Source: Octopus vulgaris
Lineage: Eukaryota
Length of the DNA: 64,000 nt
Direction: 5' to 3'
Assembly: GCA_951406725.2 (NCBI GenBank)
Contig: OX597819.1
Span: 97,092,001 to 97,156,000 of the forward strand
Part shown: positions 38,901 to 52,396 of the stretch, one piece after another
Position numbering within the stretch: the first letter of the stretch is position 1
Layout of the letters: every line of letters starts with the position of its first letter
Translations under genes and position numbers: made by a program
Notes under the pieces: generated by a model
Seen by the model: the letters and a program-made list of their open reading frames with translations, nothing else
Told to the model about the DNA's origin: nothing
Databases searched by the model: none

Positions 38901-41029
38901 TGTAACAATTACTAAAAGGAAAAGAGAAAACTTGACACATCCACCCCAATATAAATCTATAAGTCTACAGAATATTTAGATTTGCTCGAAATCTTTTTTA
39001 CTTTGGTTCTCATGGGAAATCAACAGCAACAAATAAGATTCTATGTATTCTTCCTTTTTATCATAATCAATTTCCTGAAAAATCTCAAAAGATATTTTTT
39101 CCCCTTTTTCTATAAGTAGTTGCAAAACTATATATTTCAAGTTTTCACAATATATACAAGAGAATATATATATAAGTGCTGGAGCTATAACTACAAAACT
39201 CAGATGTTTTCAGAAATGTATCTTACTGATCATAAAATTCAAAATAACTCTCAGAAGCTGTCTCAACTTCACAATTTAAGGAATAAATACCTAAATATTA
39301 TTTCTAATTTTGGCACAATACCAACAATTTACGGAAAAAGATTTAGCTGATTACATCAACCCCAGTACTTAACTGGTATTATATTTTTAGTCTTGAAACA
39401 ATAAAAGGAACCCTGGCCCTGACAAAAATGACTAAAAATATATTTTAAAAAATTCTAACATTCAGTTTCATTAATCTATAAGTCGTGATAACAATACTAA
39501 TTATTGCTTCTTTTTAGATTTATATTTCCTTAAAATTTTTCTTGTTGAAGGATCCCTGATAGCAACAATGAATATGTTCTAATCTTCATTAAGTAGTAGT
39601 TGTTTTTTTTATTTATTTATTTCAGCTGATATTTACACATTTCTGGATAAACTGTCATATTTTTAACCATAAAATCAATGCAACATCTTAAAATAGATGA
39701 GTGATTCCACAGGTAATCTACTGTAGATGTGGTTTGAAACTTTGTCCAAGATTTGCAGCAAAGATCAAAGAAGTATGGTTTTTTCTCAGTGCATTTCTGT
39801 GTTCATTTCCCAGTTATCATAATACTTGACCAACTTATCTCACAAGACTCTTTAATACTATTGAGCAACCACTTAATGTAAATATTCAAAACACAGCAAT
39901 ACAGCTGCCCATATATGATGGTGTATTAATTTGAGTTTGGAACGCATAATTATATAACTTCATTTGTTACACAATCAGCATCCACCCAACAACCATAACT
40001 CAGATTTTCAGATTTTAATTTGTCAAACAGATGGCACATACTTCAAGTGGTAGGCTGTTAATCTTGGCTTAGCCTTTAATTAGTCGATATTAAATAAAAT
40101 ATAATTGAAATAACCACTTGAGAACAATTTAGTTAAAATGTTTCTTCTCAAACTATTACAATCTTTCCATTGTGTGAGTACAGTAGATTGTCTTAAATGC
40201 CCGGTTTCTCACAGAATATTTTGATTATCAACTAAATTGTAACCAAATTGATTTTCAAGTTCAGATTTCATCTAAACTAAATATTACATAATTGGTAATC
40301 AAACAGATCATAAGAAACCAATATGAAAGCAATAATATCACCAGGGAACTCAAAGAATTCTTGGTTGACATGAAAATATAATCTCTTGATGTGATTAACA
40401 ACATTAATTACATTGCTATCAAACTCATTTTACAATCTTAAAGAACCTCCAAGGCTTTTCAATCTCTTTTCTCTTTATCGATTAGAAAATAAACGAGGAG
40501 GAGGAGGAGCAGCAGCAGCCACCGACGACAACAACGACGACAAACAACAACAACAACAATAAAAAACATTACATATTTCAATTTAATGATAATGTTTCTA
40601 ATTTATGCACAAGGTCAGCATTTTTTTGTGTGGTTTTACTTTCTAACGTTAAGGATTGTTAGTTGATTACCTCAGCCCCAATAATGGAATGGTATTTTAC
40701 CTTATAAACCAAGTAAAATATGAAAGGCAGGATTTAAACTTAGAATGTAAAGAGCTGGAAGAAATAACTCAAGGCATTTCATTGGATGATTTAGTGATTC
40801 TGCAAATTCACCACCCTAATGATAGTAATTGTTTCTGATTTAGGTGTGAGGCTAACAATTTTTGAAGAGAGAAGTGGATTAGCCAATAACATAATGTTTG
40901 GCTGGTAATCTACTAAATCAGCCCCCAGTGGAATGAACAGCAAATTTGACTTTGGCAGGATAAAAAAAAACAACGCTAAATGCTTCCAATCATCTTTTAC
41001 AATGATCTAATGATACTTCTACTTCACTG

Positions 41030-41700
41030 CTCTGATGCACAAAAGGAGTATAAGTGCATTGGGATGTTAGCCAAGTGTGTGGCTTCCAAACAGAAAAGTG
41101 GCCTGAATATGAACCTGAGGCTGAATTAGAAAATGAGAATTACAAGATCTTATGGGACTTCCCCATAAAGACTGACCACACTATTGAAGCAAGAACACCA
41201 GATATGATTATAAAGGGCAAAATAAACAACGTAAGATCATAGATTTGAAATTCCCTATAATAGCAGAGTTGATACTAGAGAAATTGAAAAACAAAAGGAT
41301 CTAGTCAGGGAGCTGAGGAGACTGGAAGATCAAGATGATTACTCTTGTAGTAGTTGGTGCTACCTAAAAAAAAAAAAAAAAAACTGGAAGAAATTGGAAA
41401 TGAAACTCACATTGTTGACCTGCACAAAAGTGTCATCCTATATTCTGCAAGAATCCTAAGAAAGATTCTTGAGATTTGAAGAGACTTGTTGCCAAATCTC
41501 AAAATAAAGTACCTCCTAACTAAATTTGCATGTAAAAGCAAAATACTACTATTACTAATGATGATAGAGAAGACAGTGATGCTTGGAACCACATAAATCC
41601 TCCACAAGGTTCTCAAAATTTGATAGAGAGTGTTGCCATAGCCAACAAGTTGTGGACAGCTGACACCTCTTTTCATCCCCAAGTGAAGGTGCTGCATTAA
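41030..41700 (+). mobile_element. R4/Dong-type LINE 3' fragments (RLE domain)
   Basis: VHWDVSQVCGFQTEKWPEYEPEAELENENYKILWDFPIKTDHTIEARTPDMII, then LHKSVILYSARILRKILEI*, and a second terminal motif EKTVMLGTT*ILHKVLKI*. Confidence 0.8.
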
Positions 41701-42204
41701 GTATAACAACAATAATAGTTTTTGATTAAGGTACAAGGCCAGCAATTTTTAGGTGAGAGGAGTTCGTCTGAAAGTACTAGTACTGAAAGGGGACTTTATG
41801 TTATCAACCCCAGAGGGATGAAAGACAAAGTTAATCCTGGTAAGACTAGAACTCAAACCACAAATAGTTGGAACAAAAATTAGTTTTCCTAATACTCTAA
41901 AAATTCTAGTCTAACACTCCCAGTTTTAATTATGCTACTGTTACACTTGATTATGTTAACCTTGCCGGAATACCACCCACATATTATTAAGTTTTCAGGA
42001 TGTTTCTCCATTCTTAGGCATTAGTGACCTTCTTCCAATCATTATACTTTTGGTAATTTCTTACATACAAAAATTGCTATATTCTCTAGTTTACACCCAA
42101 ATACCAACAACTGATGACATAAAGTTCAATGGTTAATTCCAATCTACCTAGAAAATCCTATTAAAACAGTATCAATCCTTTAGGTATTCAATTACTACTT
42201 CTTG

Positions 42205-42520
42205 AAGATGCATGGTTTAGTGGTTAGGGATATTTATGTCATGGTCATAAGGTTGTAAGTTTGATTTCAAGCAATGCATTGTGTGCTTGAGTACGACACT
42301 TAATTTCACATTGCTCTAGTTCACTCAACTGGCAAAAATGAGTTTTGTATTTTAAAAGACCAGCCTTGTCACGTTCTATGTTATGCTGAATCTCTGAGAA
42401 CTATGTTAAGGGTGAGTCTGTGTAGTGCTCAGCCACTTGCAAGTTAATTTCCCAAGCAGGCTGTTCTGTTGATTGGATCAACTGGAACTCTCATCATTGT
42501 AATTGATGGAGTACCAAGTG
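42205..42520 (+). mobile_element. Old tRNA-derived SINE (third family)
   Basis: The head TGGTTTAGTGGTTAGGG...AGTTTGATTTC is A/B-box-like. A partial reverse copy lies at about 45990-46130. Confidence 0.55.
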
Positions 42521-43277
42521 TACTTTTTTTTTTACTGCCTCTTCCATGTAGTGGTGGTGGTGATTACAGCCACAATAGAGATAATTATAGTGGTTGCAGG
42601 GTTGATGATGGTGATAGTAGTGGAGATGGTTATGATGATGGTGGTAACAGCAACAGTAGTGATGGTAGTGATGACAAGGATGAGAGTAAGAATAGCACCA
42701 TTATATCATTTCTATCAAGTTTCCACACAAATGTTGACAGGTAAATTAATGTAATAAAGTACAAAACCAAATATTTCTCTCTCTCTCTCTCTCTCTCCAT
42801 GCACATGCACACACATATACTTAGGAGGTTTATGTATGCAGTATGCACATACACACACACTATTCTACATATGCACTATATGATGACTGTGTCAGCAATT
42901 GACTGTACAATATTTGACAATGATCAGACCCGGTGTTTACAACACTATGTTCACTGCAGTTAAACTGTTATGATCTTCACTCAAAATGTTTTCATAGTTC
43001 AGTCAATACTTGAGACTAGTTAGAAGCTCCACTGCAATAGTTCTGGTCCTTAATTGGGGTCACATGGCTAATCTAATGCTGCTCTGCTAGTTTTCAGCCA
43101 ATTACAGCAATGACATTGTACAAGTAGATGATAAATAAAGTGGTAGGAGAGAAGCTATATTTTACATACAGGACAATTATTACAGACGGACTATTTTGAC
43201 ATTAATTAAAACTAAATTACTATAGAATGAAGAGAGAGAGGGAGAGAGAGAGAGAGAGAGAAATAATAAGTGTTTGT

Positions 43278-43327
<50 letters not shown>

Positions 43328-43892
43328 TGTATGTGCAAAGGAGAGAATGAAAGAATGTGCATCTGTGCATGTATGTGCACACATGCAAGTGTGTTATGTC
43401 TGTGTTGCATGTACGTATGTTATGTTTGTCTTCTGTGTATAAAAGCAACTGCATGTGTGTAACTACCACAGAAAATCTAATGTAGTTATTTTCAATGCTC
43501 ATATTTGTATAGTTCTATATTTGCAGAGTTCCGTTATTTACAATAAGGTTATTAAATTAACCTTGGAAGCAACATAAGTTATTGGATAAACACTTAATTA
43601 AACTGGGCTCTACAGTGCTGAAGCATTTCTTCACACCTAGTATCAGAAAGTTAAACAAGATAAAGTATGAAATAATATAAAGTTATAAACAACACTTTAA
43701 CTTGTCAGTCAAGCTAAACACACACCTGCTCCATTCATACTTACACAATGATGTATATGATGTATATATACAAAAGGACATAGAAACCACCACACACAGA
43801 TACATATATAGACAGATATATAGACATAGATACATACACACACACATCTTTGAACATATGCAGGCATAAACACATATACATATATATAATTA

Positions 43893-44100
43893 ATCTACCC
43901 CCCGCCCCAAAAAGCGAGGAAAAGCACAAGGAAAAAACAACAATGCAAAGACGTGGTACATGCAAAGTATTAGCAGATGCTCAGGGAAGGAAAGAAAAGT
44001 AGTTTTACATTTTAAGCAAAGCTCTCCATCAGAAACAGGAGATGGAGGAAAGTCCAAGAGAAAAGGAAAACGGAGGGGAAAAAAATCGCCAACAAAATGT
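43893..44100 (-). mobile_element. Penelope-type terminal-repeat fragment with a degenerate hammerhead motif
   Basis: Minus strand GTTT-CTGATGG-AGAGCTTTGCTT-AAAA-TGTA-AAAC is a decayed CTGATGA/stem II/GAAA pattern. Related A-rich AAAAC..AAGAC..GTATTAG fragments lie at 19388-19465 and 21099-21150. Confidence 0.45.
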
Positions 44101-44109
44101 GTGTGTGTG

Positions 44110-44326
44110 TACAAAGGGTGCTGGAAAGCTCCTGGCTTTGGGTAAAAGAAAATAGAGGAGGATCAGTTAATTATAGTTTTATTCAGCATATTCCCCTCTC
44201 AGATTCACACACTTATTGCAGTTCTTCAGTTTTTCTAAACTCTGTAAAAGAACTCAGAAGGTTGGGCCTCAAACCAAGCATTTTGCAATACCCTTAAAGC
44301 CAGGAACTTTTCAGCACCCTATCATG
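44110..44326. mobile_element. Mariner-type MITE (~215 bp)
   Basis: TIRs AGGGTGCTGGAAAGCTCCTGGCTTT / AAAGCCAGGAACTTTTCAGCACCCT, embedded in (TG)n. Confidence 0.85.
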
Positions 44327-44415
44327 TGTGTGTGTGTGTATAAACATATATATATATATATATGTCTTTGCAGCTTTATTAATAAAGTATATATATATAT
44401 ATATATATATATATA

Positions 44416-44556
44416 CTTTATTAATAAAGCTGCAAAGACATCACAAAAACTGTTACTCAGAGTTTCACATTCCTGTTCCTTGGACTGTCCAATGAGCAGG
44501 AATGTGAAACTCTGAGTAACAGTTTTTTTGATGTCTTGACAGCTTTATTAATAAGG
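44416..44556. repeat. 141-nt near-perfect inverted repeat centred at 44486
   Basis: CTTTATTAATAAAGCTGCAAAGACATCACAAAAACTGTTACTCAGAGTTTCACATTCCTGTTCCTTGGAC-T-GTCCAATGAGCAGGAATGTGAAACTCTGAGTAACAGTTTTTTTGATGTCTTGACAGCTTTATTAATAAGG, with 70-nt arms. Confidence 0.95.
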
Positions 44557-44641
44557 CATATTATTATACCTCCAGTATTTGAGTACTATTTTTTCCAACT
44601 TGTTTCACATTTATGTGCTTACTGTAGTATATATATATATA

Positions 44642-45756
44642 TATCTCCAGTCATTAAGAATGGAATATCCAATTTTCTTATGCACCAAGTTTGACAGTTG
44701 TTAACTCTAATGTTTTATCCTGACAATTCTTTGTTTTACAACAATGAAGAATTACATCATCACTTTTCGAAATGCAATTCATGGTGTCTGATTATATTGT
44801 GGGTTTTCTCTTGTAAATCAATTTTTGTGAACCCATGGATAGATCAAAAATTCCTGTTGTCTGGTGACTTTACTCTTGAAAATCAGCCCCGCAGTAGACC
44901 TGAGACCAAGGTGGATAATAATGAGCTGGAGTGGAAGCATATACATCTCGAACTATGCATGAGTTAACAGCAAGGTTTGATGTTTCGATTCCAACTGTAT
45001 TGGACCATCTGAAACAAATTGACAAGATAAAGAAGCTGGACAAGTGGGTAACACATGAACTGAATGGGCATTAAATGACACATCGTCTTGAAACTTGCTG
45101 TTCTTTGCTGTCACGGCATAAAAAAAAAGAACCATTTTTGCATTGTATTGTTACATGTGATGAAAAATAGATTCTTTTCAACAATAGCAAGCATTCTACA
45201 GAGTGGTTGGATAGACAAAGTGCCAAAACACAATCCCAAAAAGAATATTCACCAAAAAAAAAGCTAATGGTGTTATCCACTACAGCTTCATGAGACCTAG
45301 TAAATCAATTACAGCAGATGTATACATCAACCAATTGGATGAAATGATGAGTGAACTTGCAATTAAACAATTGAAATTTGTCAATAGAGACAGGCCAATT
45401 CTCTTGCAAGAAAATGCTTGACTAAATGTTGCACAAAGAATACTACTTGGAAGTACTCTGCCATCCACCATATTCACCTGACCTTGCACCAACTGACTAT
45501 CATGTTTTCCAGGCATTAGACAACTTTTTGCAAGGTAAAAATTTCAAATCTGAAGCAGATGCAAAAACAGCATTTCGTGATTTCATCACCTCTTGCTCCC
45601 CAGAATTCTTCACTGCCAGCATAAATAAGCAACCAATAAAATGACAGAATTGTGTCGATAATTTAGGTGTACTTTAACTGCATGCTTTTTGTTGAGATAA
45701 AGTAAAATAAACTTTCAGTTCAAAATCGGTCATTTCATTCTTAAAGACCTGAAATA
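44642..45756 (+). mobile_element. Decayed DD34D mariner transposon with both TIRs
   Basis: GDFTLENQPRSRPETKVDNNEL, ARFDVSIPTVLDHLKQIDKIKKLDKWVTHEL (WVPHEL-like), IVTCDEK*I and HPPYSPDLAPTDYHVFQALDNFL. The degenerate TIRs are CAGTCATTAAGAATGGAAT and ATTTCATTCTTAAAGACCTG. Confidence 0.9.
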
Positions 45757-45881
45757 TATTTTTGCATTTCAGGATGGTCACATACACACATCTATATACA
45801 CATCCTCATGCCTGCACACAGCCATACAGATACCCATTCATGCATACATGTGTGTGTGTATGTGTGTGTGTGTATGTATAT

Positions 45882-45918
<37 letters not shown>

Positions 45919-46289
45919 ATACAACCATATATGCTAATGTATGTATAAACAAACTTGAAGTGAATGAATCTTTCAGTCAGTTTTAATAATGAATTTTCCA
46001 GTTGTTCAATTAACTACCTTCTCATTACACTATAGTAAAAGTGGCTGAGTATCCCACAAACACCTGTACCTTAATGTAATTCTCCTACAGACTGTATGAT
46101 TAAGTTGACCCATTGAATTACAGGTACAGCCCATGAAATAGGTTTCCATTAGATGGACTCAACCAATTTCACACCCAATATGCAGTACAGTGGCAACAAA
46201 TTCAGAACCTCATAGCTTCAAAGCAAACTGTTTAACCACTTGGCTATTTATCCACACACACAAACATATAGGTAAGCATACATTTCCAA

Positions 46290-46620
46290 ATACTGAAGAG
46301 ACTGTTTGCCAGAGATCCTATATCAATCTATTGTAGCTTCAACATTACTATCTCCTGTAAAGTTACCCCATCAAAAGAACAAGTTGAAAGTTATTGGAAG
46401 TCGATGTGGAAAAGAAACAAATTCAATAAGCAGTCTGCATATGTGGAAGAACTAGAGCAGGACTTCTACAAACAAACAGAACAGAAACAACAGGAAATTT
46501 ATGGAGCTGTATTTAAAGCAATCAAAGAGTATGACTAAATAGAAAATTTCTAGGTCCAGATTTTATAACAGAGTATTGATTACAAAATCTTGCCTTATTC
46601 TGGAGAGAAGTGATAATACT
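46290..46620 (+). mobile_element. Old R4/Dong-type LINE fragment (pre-RT region)
   Basis: VTPSKEQVESYWKSMW...EELEQDF...EIYGAVFKAIK, then frameshifted LGPDFITEY*LQNL, paralleling the NWKGPGPD region of the 25-27 kb element. Confidence 0.55.
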
Positions 46621-49600
46621 GTAGCAAAAGAGAATCAGGTGCATGTTAGATATGTCTATACAGTTGTCTACTGCTGTTACTCTTACTATTTCAAAAAATA
46701 GCCTAACCACAAAAATCAATAGAGATTTGGAACATGATGTATAAAAAATGCACTAGGTACCTCAAGATGTTTTACAAGATTACTGCAGCATCAACAGTAA
46801 GTAAGCTAGAGAAAAGAGTCAAGTGTGGGATTATATAAAGCAGCTACTGATCAACAAAATGATACAAGAAAGAAACAGTAAGGAACCATAAGAAGTTGGC
46901 TGTAATACGTTTGCACCACTAGAATATCTTTGATAGTTGACCACATGGAAGTGGGGGAAGAGATTCCCTCAGTATTACTATTAGCCAAAGTTCCACAGCC
47001 ATGGGTAGCTGCAATTCAACACCTAGCCAAGACCTGGTATACCACTTAACTTCTCTAAGGTGATAAACAAATTAAATCTGGAACCATACATTACTAAAAA
47101 TATATATATATATACACATGCACACAAAAACATACATGTGTGTGTGTGTGTGTATGTGTGTGTGTGTGTGTGTGTGTGCATGTGTGCGCACATTTATCTA
47201 TGCATTGGTTTAAAAACATGTATACATACACCTAAACATACATGCAAACACTCATACATACACACATGTATAGCTATACTCACATACACATATATGCACA
47301 TTACATCCTATATTAACAGGTCAAACAGAAAGAGACAAGTGTGACAAATTAAGGTAAATGGTGTCATGTTATTCCATATGAAGATGTTATAGCATATCAT
47401 TGTTGTAAAGTATGAGAGATAAAGTAAGAATTGCTTTAGAAAAAGAGAATGGTCATTATTGAGCGTGATCTAGAGACATAAAGAAAACTTTTCCATAATA
47501 GATTTGTTAGGCTTTAGCTAAACATTAATTCCAAGTATTAATGAAATATCTGTATCATAGCAGATCAGAGAGAGTTAACAGTTGGCTTTTGGGTTGATGG
47601 TGTGGAGAAACATGAAAAAAGTCTGCACTGAATAATAAATGGTATCTATTCTGATTACTTATCTGACAAAGACAACAACGTGAGATTGGAACTAATGAAG
47701 AGAAGTGAGAGATTTTTAATATCAACACCAACAAAGAAAAAAAAAAACAGATTGTGACATGACAGGTTTCTTTCAGTTTCCATCAACCAATTTCCACTCA
47801 CAAGTATTTGGCCAGTCTGGGTCTGTAGTAGAAGACACTTGTCCAAAATGCCAAGCAGTGGGATTGAACCTTAAATCCTGTGGCTGTAAAGCAAACTTCT
47901 TAACCACAAAAGCATACCTGCACCAATTTATCAACAGATAACTCCACTTTCTGTTATGTCATCTTGACAGCTAGAAGAATCCAGAAGTAATTGTTTCTGT
48001 CAAGACCATCAGAAAGTTAGGTATTACAGAAGTAATATTTATTAGATGTCTACATCTTTTATCTTTTAATCATTTCAGTCACTCACTGCCTTGAAGAATT
48101 TTAGTCAAGCAAATAGACTGCAGCACTTCAGTTAAAAATAAAAAAAAACCTTTGTACTTATTCTGTCAAGGACTTAAACACACCAACAGCAGTTGTCAAG
48201 CAGTAATGAGGGACAAATACGGACACACACAAACACACACATGTACACACACACACACAACAGGCTTCTTTTAGTTTCCATCTACCAAATCCATTCACAA
48301 AGTTTGGCTTTGGTCAGTTAAAAGCTATAGTAAAAGACACTTCCCAACATGTCATGCAGCAGGATTGAACCTGGAACCATGTGGTTGGAAAGCAAATTTC
48401 TAATCAAACAGTGACACCTGCATCCAACCATAGTGTAACAATCACCATGAGCTTCCTGACTGTCAGTACTTTATAAATCAATATAATTGTAACAGATCTT
48501 TCATCACAGTTATATGCCTGTCTTTTCTCAACATATGTTTTGACACTGGTCACAGTTCATTCTAAACAACAATTTTCATTTCAACATTAAGTCAGGATAT
48601 CAAATATATTTTTGTCCCATTCTACACTGCAATGCAGTGGCTTTTGTGAAAAATATTTAATCTTATATCCATTCCACCTTCCTCTCTCTCTTTCTAAATT
48701 AAGCTCTCTTAAAATTTGTCTCTCACTTTGTCATAAAAGCACATTACATTGATTACGTGTGTGTGTGCACGTGTGAGCATGTGTGCATATACAAAATCTG
48801 TATGTATGTATGTATAAATGCATGTGATAGTGTGCATGTGCTTGTGTTTTCTTATCTTGATATTGTGTGATTGTTGTGAAGGAATGTCATTCATTGCCAA
48901 TATTCAGCAAAAACATGTCTGACCATAGAGAAATATAACTTTGCTTGGAAACATGTAAGGATTGGCATCAGGAAAGGCATCCAGCCATAGAAAATTTACT
49001 TCAATAACCTCCATCTGACCCATGCAAACATGGAAAAATGAACATGATGATGATGATTATAATGATAATAACCTCTGGATTCTAGTAGTAGCCAAGATGT
49101 CTAAACAGAAAGGAGGTAACCAGATGTTCTTTAATGTGTAAATACTATGAGGAAGCATAATACTGAATACATAAAATTAGTTACATTCTAATACTGTTAT
49201 AGTATACAGTACATAAATTCTAATATGTTTTTTCTTTACTTTTACTAGTTTCATCCATTGAATTGCAGTCATGCTGAAACACCACTATGAAGGGTTTAAC
49301 AGAACAAATCAGCTCCATTATTTACGCTTGCCCAAAGTACCACACACTAAGACTGACCCTGTAACCATGTGGTTGCAAAGTAAGGTTTTAAACCACACAA
49401 CCATGCCTGCACCTAACTCTGTCAGCAACATTTACAATTGGATAGTTTTCAATCTTGAATCAGAAGTTTGCCTTGCACACAAAACATCTTAAGAGAAGGT
49501 CCGAAATTCAGGAGATAAATAAACCTTCTATAAAGTTATTAGAGATGTATACTCAATGAATTATAAAGTGTAACACAGTGTGTTTTAGCTGTTAGAGAGA

Positions 49601-51548
49601 GTTTAAATTCAAGTAAAATTCAGTGATCTAAGTTATTAAACAAAATATGAAATTTTAATTTGACTCTGTACACTGGTTGCTTCTCTAACTGTAACAATGC
49701 AGAGAGACAGAAACCACTGTTGTAACATACCAGCTCTATTCTGACTATATGATACTCCAGTTTCTCATAGACACTTTCATTGAATAAATGAGCTCCACTC
49801 TAGCAATATAATATGACAAGCCATTTCCACTAATAATACAGAATAACACTAAGGCTGACACTCAACGTTTCAGTACAACACTCTAGTTCCAAACTAGTGG
49901 AGTAGTGCATCGTCACTGTCCTCAGAACTATGACTATATATGTAAAGAATATCCAACTAAATGTTATATTTCTTCAAATATATCTGTAAGCAGCATGAAA
50001 GAAAAAAAAGATTTAGGATACATGTGATGTTGATAATAATGGTAATTATTAAACTTTTTCATGGAGTATTTTACAGTAAAGTGCACCTAATGCTACAGCT
50101 AAAGCACAGTTGCACCATTAAAGTACTAATGTCTAAGATAGTTTACTACTAATGGGGAAGATAGGACTACTGTCAGAACAAGACATTGAAAATGGAGATA
50201 AAGTGTGAGCAAATAAAGAATTTTACATTTTAACAATTGCAACACAGTCAAATGCTACCAAAATGGATTCCAATTCAACAAAATGTGGCTTAAGGGATAG
50301 CAAAAACAGAAATTTTTTTTTCTGCATAATATTATTTTCTGAGATACAATTCTATAATAGACCTAAACTCTCTTTCTCTCTCTGGTTCAATGGTTGTCAA
50401 TAGACTATAGAGACATTATTACTTCTATTAATGTACATCACTTTCTTAGTAAACCCCAAGCTGATATAAATGGGTTGCTATCAATACTTCCATCTTGTCA
50501 TGTGACATCTTCAAATTTAGTTCATATTCCAGTTCATCCATTAAATCTTTTTCCTCTTAGTAACATGGTTTCAACTCATAGTGGAAAAGATCCTTCAGCA
50601 CTGAAGTACAAATGCAATCAAAATCTGGAATAGTTTATATGGTTTACCATTACTTTACTAAGTATTATCATAAGTCAACAGATTATTCTATCATATTTCT
50701 TATCAATATTCAAACCCAGAAGTGAAAGAATTGTTTCACATCCATTTGAATGACATCAACAAAAAAAAGTTGTACTTCTCAAGTGTTTCCCGTTTCCCCA
50801 CTCCTAACCAGTCTATTTTATAGAGAACAAGTAAATTTATTTTGGCCTGCAGGGTAAATTACAATAATGGAATAGGCACTCCATTAAGATTCTAAATTTG
50901 ACCAAAGTAATATTTCACAATGGACAATATATTCAATATGATTGCCCATTGTTTATCTCATGAACAAGTGACATATTCGAACTTGATACTGACTGAAGAC
51001 ATCAGCAAAGTTAACGAAACACATCATGAGAGAATAAAAATGATACATGGGTATTATTTCCTGCTAGGGTACCGCCATGTATGTCCTCTACAACATAGTA
51101 CATGTTCCTGTCCTTTTTTCCTACTTTAGCCTCTTTATACCAGGAACAACTCCACCTCCCTCAATACTACAACCCAACTCTGTGACGGGTTCTTGTCCTT
51201 TGTTACTTGGTGACCTCACTAGTGCTGGTATCACAAAAAAGCAATCAGTACTCAGTTGGCATTAGGAATAGCATCAAGCTAGAGAAACCTTGCTAAAGCA
51301 GGCAATGGAAATCAACACAGCCACCAGGCTAGTTACATCTTGTTGGACCATCCATACTAACATGGAACATAGGTATTAAATGATGATGATGATAAATATA
51401 TTTTGCTATCATATGTTCTGCATGAAAATAATTCAGAATATTAAGAAATTGCAGGCATATTTAATCTACAGTTATTCTCATGTCACATCTTTGACTTTTG
51501 TACTAACACCTTCAGTTTTTATAATGCAAGGTTATCTCCACTCTTTAA

Positions 51549-51616
<68 letters not shown>

Positions 51617-52125
51617 ATGTGTCCTCATCTTGACATCAAGTAAACAAGCATAACCATCATACAAGTAATGTTACTTATTTTTAGTCTTCTATGAAGAACA
51701 TGTCTGTCCATAGGGAATTATTATCTCGCTCGGAAACAGATGAGGATTGGCAACTGGAAGAGCATATGCCTGTAGAAAATTTGCCTCAACAAATGCTGTC
51801 TAACACATGCAAGCATGGTAAAATGGAAATTTACCGTGCTTGCACATGTAAAACAACATTCAAGCGTGATCGTTGCCAGGGCCATGGATTAGCTCCCATG
51901 CCGGTAGCATGTAAAAACAGCCACTACACTCTCGGAGTGGTTGGCATTAGGAAGAGCATCCAGTTGTAGAAACTTTGCCAGATCAGACTGAGCCTGGTGC
52001 AGCCTTCTGGCTCACCAGTCCTCAGTCAAGCCATCCAACCCATGCCAGCTTGGAAAGCGGACATTAAACAACAATGATGATGATATATATATATATATAT
52101 ATATACATACATACATACATGACTA

Positions 52126-52173
<48 letters not shown>

Positions 52174-52222
52174 ATACATGATTACCATATTTATATATAC
52201 ATACATACATACATACATGATT

Positions 52223-52262
<40 letters not shown>

Positions 52263-52267
<5 letters not shown>

Positions 52268-52396
52268 TAGTCAAGTATATTGTTATTGCATCTCTGTAGT
52301 AGTAGAGTTATTTTGTATGTGCAGGCATGTGCACACACACATGCACACAAAGAATGTTACTAAGGAGATGCAATAACAATGTACCTGACTACCATA
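52263..52396. mobile_element. Short MITE-like inverted repeat with TA ends
   Basis: TATGGTAGTCAAGTATATTGTTATTGCATCTC / GAGATGCAATAACAATGTACCTGACTACCATA: 32-bp arms with 2 mismatches. Confidence 0.75.
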
